Below are positions 26,755 through 36,036 of a DNA stretch of 64,000 nucleotides, piece by piece. The notes below the pieces were generated by a model, which had not been told where the DNA came from, did not search any database, and saw nothing but the letters and a program-made list of their open reading frames with translations. The number at the start of each line of letters is the position of its first letter. Position 1 is the first letter of the stretch. The position numbers and the translations under genes were made by a program. Source of the DNA: Candidatus Latescibacterota bacterium (lineage in GTDB: Bacteria; Latescibacterota; UBA2968; UBA8231); the NCBI GenBank assembly GCA_965217585.1, contig OZ244561.1, positions 1,280,001 to 1,344,000 of the forward strand, read 5' to 3'.

Positions 26755-27506
26755 TCGTCCACCGCGCAGCGAAAGCCAACATTGCCGTCGGCGCTGAACG
26801 GGCTGCAGGCCCGGCGGTACGAGGCGCGCAACAGATTGGGGGAATTGGACCACGAGCCCCCGCGCACCACCTTCAGCGTTCCATCCGCCGGTCCAGCGAG
26901 ATTGCGCTCGTGTTCGTCGGTATAATATTCGCTGTGATACCAGTCTGCCACCCACTCCCAGACATTGCCGGCCATATCGCTGACCCCATAGGGCGATTCT
27001 CCTTGCGGGTAATGACCCACCGGCGCGGTAAAGGAGTACCCATCGCTGCTGTCGATGTCACAGCAAATATCCGCTCCGTAGTTGGCCCTAGTGCGATCGA
27101 TGTCTTCACCCCAGGGGTAGGTGCGCCCATCGGCCCCCCGGGCGGCTTTTTCCCACTCCGCCTCAGTGGGTAGGCGCTTGCCAACCCACTGACAATAGGC
27201 CACGGCATCGGGCCAACCCACCGAGATGATCGGATGGTCGTCCGGGGCCGACCGGATGGACAGGTTCATCGCTTGGGCATAGGCATTCCACTCGGCCGTG
27301 GTCACTTCGTGGCGGTCAATCCAGAAGCCGTTGAGGTGCACCGAATGTGCGGGGCGCTCATCTCTGGCACCGGAGTCGGAGCCCATGATGAAGGGCCCGG
27401 CCGGGATTTTCACCATGCCCGGTGGGTCCCGGGAGTCTGCCGGTCCCGAGACCTCATCGCAGGCGCTTAGACCGACACTGAGCAACAGGGCTAATACGCG
27501 TTTCAC
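26751..27506 (-). CDS. FGE-sulfatase (SUMF1-like) domain lipoprotein, probably non-catalytic
   Basis: LSAC lipobox; RLPTEAEWEKAARG, DMAGNVWEW, RGGSW, GFRC; lacks the FGE CxxxxC. Confidence 0.9.
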   Translation of the reverse strand: MKRVLALLLSVGLSACDEVSGPADSRDPPGMVKIPAGPFIMGSDSGARDERPAHSVHLNGFWIDRHEVTTAEWNAYAQAMNLSIRSAPDDHPIISVGWPDAVAYCQWVGKRLPTEAEWEKAARGADGRTYPWGEDIDRTRANYGADICCDIDSSDGYSFTAPVGHYPQGESPYGVSDMAGNVWEWVADWYHSEYYTDEHERNLAGPADGTLKVVRGGSWSNSPNLLRASYRRACSPFSADGNVGFRCAVDE

Positions 27507-29569
27507 AGGGGCCCTCTTTTGGCGCTGTCCCCTAGGTCTGGTTGCGCCAGCGTTTCCACTAGGGGAATAAAATGCTGGGTATGCGGCCCTTCGGCGGCGA
27601 ACTGGCGCGCTAGGCGGCGGGCGTCCTCCAAGCGGTCGTTGTGGATCAAGGTCTGCGCCAGGGCCGGGAAGAGCGCAAAGATATATTTGCGCCGTATCTG
27701 GGGCGCTTCGAGGGCCTGTAAAAGAGGCGGCAGGGCCTGCTGGTACTGCCCCAGCAGAAAGTGGAGCTGGCCTTTGATCAGCGCGGCGAATCCCGGCTCG
27801 GCCGGGGCAGAGCCAGCAATGAAGGGAAAGCGCTGCAGGGCGCGTTGCAGGACCGCAGCCCGGTCGCCGGAGATAGTCTCACCGCTCAGGGCAAAGGTCC
27901 GCCCCCACTGCACCGCGGCCCACAGATCACCCCGCAGGGTAAAGGGAGCTTCTCGACGGGCCGCTCTATAATAAGAACGAGCCGTTGGCAAATCGCGTGC
28001 GGCAAAGAGTTGCTCGGCCACCTGCAGGGCCAGCAGCCCTTGGTCCCGGTGGCGCATCCACTGTTCAGCGCCGCGCTGCTCAGCCGCGGAGAGTCCTTCC
28101 CATAGCTGCTTGGCCAATTGTCGGTAGCGCGTGGCATTGGGGGCGTTGTACCGGTCCATGGGCGGCCGGCTGAACAATTCGGCCATGGCTTGGTAAACCC
28201 GCAGGCGGCCGACGGGCAGATCGCCCAGCAGGTCTTGGTACTGGGCATCGCTGCGCCGGCGCTCCAGCTCGACGGGTTCGTCCACGACTTGAGGCACGGC
28301 TTCGACGACTGTGCGGGCCAACAGGGCCTGCCCCGCCACCGAAGGGTGCAGGTGATCGGCCATCAACGCCCAGCCCACGCCCTCGGGCGGAGCAGCCCGA
28401 TCAAAGGCCGCTTGTACATCGGCCAGTCCAGCTCCGCTCTGGCGCGCCACGCTGTCGATCACCGCGTTGAAAGAGCGCGGGGCCCGCCAAGGCATGGTAT
28501 CGAGTTGGCGGGCCTTGGCAAAGGCTTGGCGCGCCGCCACAGGGCGCTGCAAGTGGACCAGAGCCCGGCCCCTGAGATACCATAGATAGGCGTGTTTTTC
28601 CCACAACTGAGCCGCCTCTATCAAATGCTCCAAGGCCCTGTGGGCAGCCTCTGGGGTCGAGGTCGCCAGCACTAGAACCTCGGCGGCCTTTGCCACCTTT
28701 TGCTCCCACTGCCGGGCCAGAGGCTCCTCTAAAGGGGGCGCGGCTCCAGCTCCGGGCGCGAAGCCAGCCTCATTGGCCGCCAAGGTGCACAAGATTAGCG
28801 GAACCTTGGCTTTGCTACAGGTGGCGACCATCTCTAGCAGGTTGGCGCGCAGGTGCTCGGGGGCGACCCGACGCCGCGGGCTGTCCAGCGCGACCTGGCC
28901 GCGCTCGGCCATGATCCGCGCTAGGGCAGTGGAGGAAACCTCGGTGCCGCGCAAACGGTCGAGTCCCGCCCGCACCAAGGCGGTGAGCCGCCGCTGCATG
29001 AGGAAGTAGTGCAGCCGGTTGAGTACGGGCGAATGGTGTTCGTCAACTCCGTAGATACCATTGAATTCGTTGTGGCCGGTGTACACTACGACTAGGTCCG
29101 GCTCTAGCTGCAAGGCGTCTTCGACCACTCTAACAACGGCAAAACTGGCGATTGAAGTGATGCCCAAGTTGAAGACCTGGACCTCTTTATCGGGCCAGAT
29201 GTCCTGTAGCATGGCCGCCAAAAAGGACGGAGCCGCAAGGGATTGGACCTGGGGGTAGCCCTGGACTGTGGAGGCACCGGCAAAAACCACGCGAAAGCGC
29301 TTGCCGGGGCCCGGCTCGAAAAAGGGCTGCCTCCCCATGCGGCCGCTACCGATGAGTTTGCCTTGATAGCGTTGCAAGAAAAAACGCTTGGCATAGAAGG
29401 GGTTGATGCTGCGCAAGCGCCGCTCGTCGCGCTCGGCCAAGGTGACGAGAAAAGGCGCGGGGGCCAGGGCCGGGACCAAGTGCAACAGCAGTTCCGCAAC
29501 CACGACGAGGACCAGCCCCAGTCCTAGCCCAGCGAGGCGGAGGAGCCAGACGCGTTGGCGGTTGCTCAT
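27503..29569 (-). CDS. Membrane-anchored SGNH/GDSL hydrolase with TPR repeats
   Basis: GASTVQG, YTGHNE and DHLHP catalytic blocks; N-terminal TM; ATG 29569 in ATGA overlap. Confidence 0.8.
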   Translation of the reverse strand: MSNRQRVWLLRLAGLGLGLVLVVVAELLLHLVPALAPAPFLVTLAERDERRLRSINPFYAKRFFLQRYQGKLIGSGRMGRQPFFEPGPGKRFRVVFAGASTVQGYPQVQSLAAPSFLAAMLQDIWPDKEVQVFNLGITSIASFAVVRVVEDALQLEPDLVVVYTGHNEFNGIYGVDEHHSPVLNRLHYFLMQRRLTALVRAGLDRLRGTEVSSTALARIMAERGQVALDSPRRRVAPEHLRANLLEMVATCSKAKVPLILCTLAANEAGFAPGAGAAPPLEEPLARQWEQKVAKAAEVLVLATSTPEAAHRALEHLIEAAQLWEKHAYLWYLRGRALVHLQRPVAARQAFAKARQLDTMPWRAPRSFNAVIDSVARQSGAGLADVQAAFDRAAPPEGVGWALMADHLHPSVAGQALLARTVVEAVPQVVDEPVELERRRSDAQYQDLLGDLPVGRLRVYQAMAELFSRPPMDRYNAPNATRYRQLAKQLWEGLSAAEQRGAEQWMRHRDQGLLALQVAEQLFAARDLPTARSYYRAARREAPFTLRGDLWAAVQWGRTFALSGETISGDRAAVLQRALQRFPFIAGSAPAEPGFAALIKGQLHFLLGQYQQALPPLLQALEAPQIRRKYIFALFPALAQTLIHNDRLEDARRLARQFAAEGPHTQHFIPLVETLAQPDLGDSAKRGPL

Positions 29570-30429
29570 GGCGACCCCTCCCTCAGCAGCCGCGCCCCCA
29601 CCGAGGCATAGCGCCCGTGCGGCACTTGGCTGAGGCGGTTGGCCGAGCGCAGGCGGCGAGCTCCGTTGTTGTGGAAATAGCCGCCCCGGAGAACGCGCTG
29701 CATCCCGCTTGTGGGACCGGGGGGATCCACTTTGGGGGCATGGCCGTAGTACTCGGGGCTGTACCAGTCGTGCACCCACTCCCACAGATTGCCGTGCAGA
29801 TCGTACAGGCCCCAAGGGTTGGGTTTTTTAGTAGCCACTCGCTGGCTGTGTCGCAGTCCAACGTCCCAAGTATTGCCAGTGTGCCAGGCAAAGTCGTCCA
29901 GCAGCGCCTCGTCGTCGCCAAAGGACCAGCGGGTGGTGGTGCCGGCTCGGCAGGCGTACTCCCACTCTGCTTCCGTGGGCAGGCGGTAGAGTCGGGCACC
30001 GGCACTGGCGTTGAGGGCCGCGGCGAATTGCTCGACGTCGAGCCACGACAGGCCTGCGGCCGGATAGTCCGGTCCCTCGAGGACGAAATCTAGGCCGGCC
30101 CACGGCTGTGTATCCATGACCGCAGCCCACTGTTGCTGGGTGATTTCGGTCTGCGCTAGGTAGAACCCCCGGGTAATTTGCACCTCGCGGTGCGGTGCTT
30201 CGTCATCGTCCCGTCCGGGTTGGGTGGGGGGCGAGCCCATGACAAAGGTGCCCGGGGCAATCCAGACAAAGGCCATCTGGGTGCCATCGGGTAGTTCGGC
30301 CACCAGCGCGGGTCGATCCGCCGCTGTTTCCGGCTCGCATCCCGAGGCGATGAGGGCGAGCAGTAGGATTGGCCAGCGGTTGCAGCCGACCCAAGCAGCG
30401 CACCGTTCAGGTCTGTGCGGGTTCCACAT
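29566..30429 (-). CDS. FGE-sulfatase domain lipoprotein, probably non-catalytic
   Basis: IASGC lipobox; RLPTEAEWEYACRAG, PNPWGLYDLHGNLWEW, RGG; no CxxxxC. Confidence 0.9.
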   Translation of the reverse strand: MWNPHRPERCAAWVGCNRWPILLLALIASGCEPETAADRPALVAELPDGTQMAFVWIAPGTFVMGSPPTQPGRDDDEAPHREVQITRGFYLAQTEITQQQWAAVMDTQPWAGLDFVLEGPDYPAAGLSWLDVEQFAAALNASAGARLYRLPTEAEWEYACRAGTTTRWSFGDDEALLDDFAWHTGNTWDVGLRHSQRVATKKPNPWGLYDLHGNLWEWVHDWYSPEYYGHAPKVDPPGPTSGMQRVLRGGYFHNNGARRLRSANRLSQVPHGRYASVGARLLREGSP

Positions 30430-30793
30430 TGACGACTATAAGCTCTCCGCCGCCAAAACTCCGGCGCTCCAAGGTCAGACGCACTGTATCACCTGGGGCG
30501 GCCAGCACCGAAAGCCGCGCCTGACCACTGCTGCCCTCAATGCGTTCTATGTTTATATTGAAGGACGCCGACTCGTTCTCGGTCGGAACCTTCACAGCTT
30601 TGTTGGTAGAAGCCCTTAAAGTGAATTCAGCATCGAGCCCCACCACCGTGATGTGATAGGTATTATTGGGGGTGTCGTTGATGAACAAGATTTCGTCCCC
30701 CCTGCCGCCGCCGGGATCCTTGAGTTTTTTTCCGCCACATCCCCCGCCCCCAGCAACGACGAGCACTAGTGCCAACAACATCCATGCTTTCAT
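30407..30793 (-). CDS. Small beta-rich lipoprotein
   Basis: RBS AGGAGG; hydrophobic signal ending GGGC. Confidence 0.7.
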   Translation of the reverse strand: MKAWMLLALVLVVAGGGGCGGKKLKDPGGGRGDEILFINDTPNNTYHITVVGLDAEFTLRASTNKAVKVPTENESASFNINIERIEGSSGQARLSVLAAPGDTVRLTLERRSFGGGELIVVNVEPAQT

Positions 30794-30860
30794 AGTTATC
30801 CTCCTGGGAATTAGCCCTAGAATGCACTAGCAAACGCTGTTTGATTCGACCGGCAATGGA

Positions 30861-32657
30861 CTACCAACCTCCGCGCCCCTTCCCTTCCACTAGCACGACT
30901 AGCTGATCGGCACTCAGTTCGTACAGGCGGTCTACGACCCCGGAAGGCCATCGCACTTTTAGACTGTCCACCTTGCTGGACCCAGCTAATCCGAAGTGGA
31001 GCCGCGGGTCGTGTCCACCCAAGAAACCCGAGCCAGCCACGGCCTCGCGCACCTGCTTTTTACCTTCTGAAAAAACCGCGATACGGGCACCAACTCCGTC
31101 CCGGTTGCTACGCCGGCCGACCAAGCGCACCGCGAACCAGTGGCCTGTAGCGCTGTCGTTGCGCATCAGCGTAGGGAGATCGTCCAAGTTCAAAATCAGC
31201 AGATCTATATCGCCGTCGTTGTCGTAGTCCCCCCGACAGGCCCCCCGGCTCACCCGGCGCTCTTGCAGGGCTTTGACTCCTTCCACTGCCCCGAAGGTAC
31301 CGTCCCCCCGGTTTTCGAAGAGCTGGTTGGGCTGGGCGTACGTCTCCTCGCTCAGCTGCAGCCGGTCTACTTGTGGATAGACGTGGCCATTGGCCACGAA
31401 CAAATCCAAATCTCGGTCGTGGTCGTAGTCGATAAAGCACGTTCCCCAGCCCACATAAGGTAGGCTCTTGTCACCCAGCCCCGCCTTCAGCGTGACATCG
31501 ACAAAAAAGCGCCCGCGCTCGTTGCGGTAGAGCGTGTTGTAATCGCTGGCAAAATGGGTGACGAACAGATCTAGGAAACCGTCGCCATCGTAGTCCCCCC
31601 AAGCCGCGCCCATACCAGCTTGCCCCTTGCCGGCGTAGTTGTAGGCGACACCCCCTGCCAAGGCCACATCCTCGAAGCGACCATCCCCGCCGTTGTGATA
31701 GAGTAGGTTGGGAGTAGAATCGTTGGCGACAAACAGATCCGGCCAGCCGTCCTGATCGTAGTCGCTGAACAGCACCGCGAAGCCGTAGTACTTATGGCGG
31801 TCCTCGACCCCGGCGTCCGCGGTTTTATCGACGAACCGACCATCGCCCTCATTGCGGTAGAGGCGGTCGGCGGCCCCGCGCAGGCTGCGGGGTCCGCAGA
31901 AGACATCGACGGATTTCCACTGGCAAAAGGGGCGATCCTCTCGCCGGATGTCCGGATCGAAATCCACGTAATTGGCCACGTAGAGATCCAGATCGCCATC
32001 CAGGTCGTAATCGCCAAAGGCCGCCCCAGTGCTCCACCGGTCGTCGCCGACCCCGGCGCTGACCGTGGCGTCCTCAAACCGGCCATCGCCTCTGTTGCGG
32101 TAGAGTCGGTTGGATCCATAATTGGTGATGTACAGATCCGCGTTCCCGTCGTTGTCGTAATCCGCCGCCACACAACCCATCCCCCAACTCGTGTCGTTCG
32201 CCGCTGCTGCCGCGGTCACGTCGGCAAAGCGCCCCCTGCCTGTATTGCGGTAGAGGGCATTGTCCAGAGGCGGGACATGGCCGGTTCGCTCCAAAGTGGA
32301 CCCATTGACCAGATATATATCGAGATACCCATCGCCGTCGTAATCGAAAAAAGCGGCCCCACCGCCTTTGGCTTCTAGGATATGCCATTTCTCCGGTCCT
32401 CCGGAACGGTGTTGCCAGTGCAGACCAGCCTGCTCGGTGACGTCCGCAAATAGCGGGGCGGCCCGTTGCGGCATAATCGGTGGAGGGTCTGGAGCGCAGG
32501 CGACTAGAGCCCAGACCACACCCAGCGCAGTCCAGACCGCCGCAACCTCGCCTCTAAGGCCCTGCGCGGAAACACTTGGGGCCAACCCGGCGCAAGCGCG
32601 TTTTTGTCCCAAGGCCTCAAATATCGCATTCACGAGCATTGCCGTTCTACTGTCCAC
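30861..32657 (-). CDS. CRTAC1 family protein (FG-GAP repeats plus ASPIC/UnbV)
   Basis: Repeated DYDxDGxxDLYV; SNRDGVGARI, LHFGL, VRWPSG; start uncertain (32657 or 32639). Confidence 0.93.
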   Translation of the reverse strand: MDSRTAMLVNAIFEALGQKRACAGLAPSVSAQGLRGEVAAVWTALGVVWALVACAPDPPPIMPQRAAPLFADVTEQAGLHWQHRSGGPEKWHILEAKGGGAAFFDYDGDGYLDIYLVNGSTLERTGHVPPLDNALYRNTGRGRFADVTAAAAANDTSWGMGCVAADYDNDGNADLYITNYGSNRLYRNRGDGRFEDATVSAGVGDDRWSTGAAFGDYDLDGDLDLYVANYVDFDPDIRREDRPFCQWKSVDVFCGPRSLRGAADRLYRNEGDGRFVDKTADAGVEDRHKYYGFAVLFSDYDQDGWPDLFVANDSTPNLLYHNGGDGRFEDVALAGGVAYNYAGKGQAGMGAAWGDYDGDGFLDLFVTHFASDYNTLYRNERGRFFVDVTLKAGLGDKSLPYVGWGTCFIDYDHDRDLDLFVANGHVYPQVDRLQLSEETYAQPNQLFENRGDGTFGAVEGVKALQERRVSRGACRGDYDNDGDIDLLILNLDDLPTLMRNDSATGHWFAVRLVGRRSNRDGVGARIAVFSEGKKQVREAVAGSGFLGGHDPRLHFGLAGSSKVDSLKVRWPSGVVDRLYELSADQLVVLVEGKGRGGW

Positions 32658-33891
32658 TCCGGCGCTGAGCCGTGGCTAGCAGTTCTAAAACACGGGATTG
32701 GGTGGAGTCGAGAGCCGTGGCCTTTTCGAGGGCCTGCACTGCCAGCAGATAGCGCTCTTGCCGCAGATAGACCTCCCCGATGGCCGCCAATACTGCGGCC
32801 GAGTCTTCGTGCGAATCCCGGGCCCGCAGCAGGGCACTCTCGGCTTCTTCCAGCCGCCCCTGGCGCAGATAGAGCCGTCCCAGTCCGGTATGGGCAGCCC
32901 CCAACTCGCTGTCGAGCCGGATAGCCTCCAGGTAGCAGCGCTCGGCCGTCCGCTCCCTACCATCCGCGGCTAGCACGTCAGCCAGCGCGAGCTGGGCCCG
33001 GGCATCTTGAGGCCAGGCCTCCGCCGCGGCCAGCAAGTCGGCCGCATCCTGCCCCTGGAGCGCTCTGAACCGCTCTAGGGCCTGCTCCCCGGCTTCTCTC
33101 TGCCCTGCCGCTAGGTAGAGCTGTCCCAAATTGAGATGGGCGGCGGCCAACTCCTCATCGAGTCGCACGGTCCGTTCCAACAGTTCAATAGCAGCCGCCT
33201 CTCGGCCGCCGAGCCGGTAGAGCACCGCTAGTTCGCACAGCACCCGGGCGTCTTGCGGCTGTAGTTCGAGGTATTTTTCATAGGCCGCTTCCGCGGCGGC
33301 AAGACGACCCTCGTAGCGGTACAGGCTGCCGAGACGCTCGTACGCGGACGCCAGCTGGGGATCGCGACTCAGAGCCTGCCTATAAGCCGTCTCGGCCGCG
33401 GCCAACTGGCCCCCGTGGTTGTAGAGATTGCCCAACCCGTAGTGATAGACCGCCCGGTCCGGCGTCCTAAAAACAGCCTGTCGGGCTGCTTCTAGGGCCC
33501 GGGCCAGTGCGGGACCTTGGTGAGTCTTGAGATAATGCATCAGAGAGAGTTCGGCGCGGGCGTAAAAGATCTCGGCTCGACTCGTATCTAGGGCTGTGGC
33601 TTGGTCTAGGGCCGTCTCGGCCAAGGCCACCTCCTCCAGGGCCAGGTAAGTGCGGCTCAGCCCTGTATAGGCCCGCACCGAATCCTCGGCTCCAGCCAGC
33701 GCCTCCTCGAATACCTCGAGGGCCAGTCTGTGGCGGCCGGCATCCAGATGCTGCTCGGCCAAGCGGTTGTGGAGGTTCAAATCGCCCAAAGTCCCGGCCG
33801 GCGGCGGACGATCCGTCTCGGTGCATCCACTCCAGATAAAGATCGCGGAGCATACGGCGATGGCGAGTACTTTGTGGGAGTCTGCAATCAT
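32647..33891 (-). CDS. TPR lipoprotein
   Basis: WSGC lipobox after ATG 33891 (alternative start 33981); multiple TPRs. Confidence 0.8.
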   Translation of the reverse strand: MIADSHKVLAIAVCSAIFIWSGCTETDRPPPAGTLGDLNLHNRLAEQHLDAGRHRLALEVFEEALAGAEDSVRAYTGLSRTYLALEEVALAETALDQATALDTSRAEIFYARAELSLMHYLKTHQGPALARALEAARQAVFRTPDRAVYHYGLGNLYNHGGQLAAAETAYRQALSRDPQLASAYERLGSLYRYEGRLAAAEAAYEKYLELQPQDARVLCELAVLYRLGGREAAAIELLERTVRLDEELAAAHLNLGQLYLAAGQREAGEQALERFRALQGQDAADLLAAAEAWPQDARAQLALADVLAADGRERTAERCYLEAIRLDSELGAAHTGLGRLYLRQGRLEEAESALLRARDSHEDSAAVLAAIGEVYLRQERYLLAVQALEKATALDSTQSRVLELLATAQRRSGQ

Positions 33892-34031
33892 TGGAACGGA
33901 AGTGATGTCCAGTACCGGAACCGCGCGGCTCCCCCTGAGCGTACACTGAACTGTAGCTAGCCGCGCTAGCCAGAATGCCATCCTCGACGCACTCCCTTCG
34001 TCCAAGACCCCACCTACTTGCAGGTCGCCGA

Positions 34032-35978
34032 TTAGTAGACCAGAGAAATGACGCCGCTCTGCTGCTCGTTCTGCCTGTCGGTCTCCACTTTGATGCGGTA
34101 GATGTAGTGGCCCGGAGGCACCGCGCGGCCGTCGTCGTCCCGTCCCTGCCAGAACCACTGGTAAGCACCGCTGAGCAATGGTCCGCTCTGCAGCTGACGG
34201 ATCTGGCGTCTGGACAGGTCGTAGATGGTGAGGCTGGACTGGGCGAGTTCGGTCAGGTTGAGAATCGAGTAGGAAATGCGGACTTGGTCGTTGACCTGAT
34301 CCCCGTTGGGCGTAAAGACCTCCGGCGCTACTCGCACCGAAGTGATGAGCCGCCTGCCAAAGGGGGTGACAACGGCCACACCACCGCCGCTGTAGGCATT
34401 GGTCGCATCGCCCGGATCTACCAATTGGCGCACCTCGTCGGCGCTCTGGTCGAAGATGCGACCGTTGAACTCCGTGCCGTATTTCACCACCCTCACATCG
34501 AATGCGACTTCGAGCAGTTTCTGGGTGTCTTGGGGACCAAAACGGGGAAAGTGGACCACCAGCCGGTCGTCTAGGATCTCTGGGGGATACTCCTCCAAGT
34601 CGACAGCCTCGCCCTCGATGCGCACCGAATGCACTCTGGCAGGACGGACAAAAGTATCGATCTCCAAGCTATCGAAACCCAAATCGGTCTCATCTAGGAC
34701 GGGCCGGAGGAAATAGGTGAAGGTCGTGTCCACTGCGGCCTCTACCTGCCGGGGAAAGATCTCGGCCACTGCGATTCGGGCGCTGGGGGGTTTGGAAAAA
34801 TCGAATCCGATCGCTTCAATGCGGCTGCCATCGGTGACAGTGGAGAAAAAATCCACGCGAAATTGGATGTAGCGCCGGGGGCCAGGAGAGGCGACCGGCA
34901 CCCCTGCAAAACCGCGATCAAAATCGTAGGGCGGCGACCAGAAGCTCCAGTTCTCCGTATCATAGGTGATGGGCCCGCGCTGCGTATTGGGCACTTTGCG
35001 GTAATCGTTCAGGTTCAGAGGTTTCCCGTCCACCTTCAGCGTCGAGAGTTCGGCCCCTCGGCCAGTGTCCCACCAGTACACGTTGGGGTCTTCGTCCGTG
35101 CCTGTGCGCGTGCGAATGACCACCCTAGCCCCTTTATCCCTGCTGCCGATCCAATGCAAACGCCCCCAGCTAGCCCGATCCCCGGGCAGGTCGGGGACGA
35201 TCGTTGCGATATCGATGATTTCGGAGATATAAGTGGCTTCCGGCACGAACCCTTCACCGTAGATCTCGAATTCGGCGATCTCCCAGGGCTTGGGCCGGAT
35301 CGGCGTACCGCCCGCCGACCTGAGTATCCGGGGCTGAATAGAGACGTAGCGCACCGGACGGGAGGAAAAGACCGTCTCTACCACTGGCTCTTTGTTTTCG
35401 CTCTCGTCGCGGATTTCCTCCCAGATGGGGTTGCCCCGGGTGTCGATCTTTTCTGGATCGCCATCGTTGAGGAAAAGGGCGAACACATCGGCGTACTGGG
35501 CCACCCGATCTGGATGTGTGTAGAACAGGATGCGGCTGACCGGGAAGATGCCCCCCAAGTCTACAGTGGGCCAGACATTGCCATAGCCCTCGCCAGCGAA
35601 GAAGTAGAAAGTGTTGATATCCCCGTCTAGGGCCCGGTAGAATTGTTTGTCGCGCTCTCCGATGCGGGTGCGCTCCCAACCGCCCCGCTCATCGTAGCCC
35701 GGACTCAAGTTGAAATCCGGCTCCACAAAGAAGGGCGCTATGTGGGGTCCCGCGGTGTCCACCAGCGCGAAGCCCCGCTCTTGCGGATGGGTGGATTCGC
35801 CCCGCTGGGCCCCGACCTCGATCCAAGTGCGGCTATCTACGGGCATCTCCGCGGGTATGGGCCATAGCCCATCCGTTGACCCCACCACCAGAAATGCGCG
35901 TGCCTCCGCGTCCCAGACGGCTGCCAAGCCGATGACTATCCCCACCAGCGCGATGTACGCGAAGCGTTTTGCACTCAT
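34032..35978 (-). CDS. Secreted discoidin-like protein with FTPNGDQVND-type CTD
   Basis: RBS GGAG plus ATG 35978; signal peptide; ALDGD, VDLGG, AEFEIYGEGF, SPGPRRYIQFRV; ends GVISLVY. Confidence 0.8.
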   Translation of the reverse strand: MSAKRFAYIALVGIVIGLAAVWDAEARAFLVVGSTDGLWPIPAEMPVDSRTWIEVGAQRGESTHPQERGFALVDTAGPHIAPFFVEPDFNLSPGYDERGGWERTRIGERDKQFYRALDGDINTFYFFAGEGYGNVWPTVDLGGIFPVSRILFYTHPDRVAQYADVFALFLNDGDPEKIDTRGNPIWEEIRDESENKEPVVETVFSSRPVRYVSIQPRILRSAGGTPIRPKPWEIAEFEIYGEGFVPEATYISEIIDIATIVPDLPGDRASWGRLHWIGSRDKGARVVIRTRTGTDEDPNVYWWDTGRGAELSTLKVDGKPLNLNDYRKVPNTQRGPITYDTENWSFWSPPYDFDRGFAGVPVASPGPRRYIQFRVDFFSTVTDGSRIEAIGFDFSKPPSARIAVAEIFPRQVEAAVDTTFTYFLRPVLDETDLGFDSLEIDTFVRPARVHSVRIEGEAVDLEEYPPEILDDRLVVHFPRFGPQDTQKLLEVAFDVRVVKYGTEFNGRIFDQSADEVRQLVDPGDATNAYSGGGVAVVTPFGRRLITSVRVAPEVFTPNGDQVNDQVRISYSILNLTELAQSSLTIYDLSRRQIRQLQSGPLLSGAYQWFWQGRDDDGRAVPPGHYIYRIKVETDRQNEQQSGVISLVY

Positions 35979-36036
35979 GACAAAGCTCCAAGCGTGGCGT
36001 GCATGGAACGGCAAAGTCGATTCCACCGCGGGCAGA

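Noticed and set aside
26751-30429. FGE-domain genes as DGR targets or true FGE/gldK
   Set aside because: No template repeat of their 3' ends and no RT seen; no catalytic Cys pair; too short and generic to name gldK
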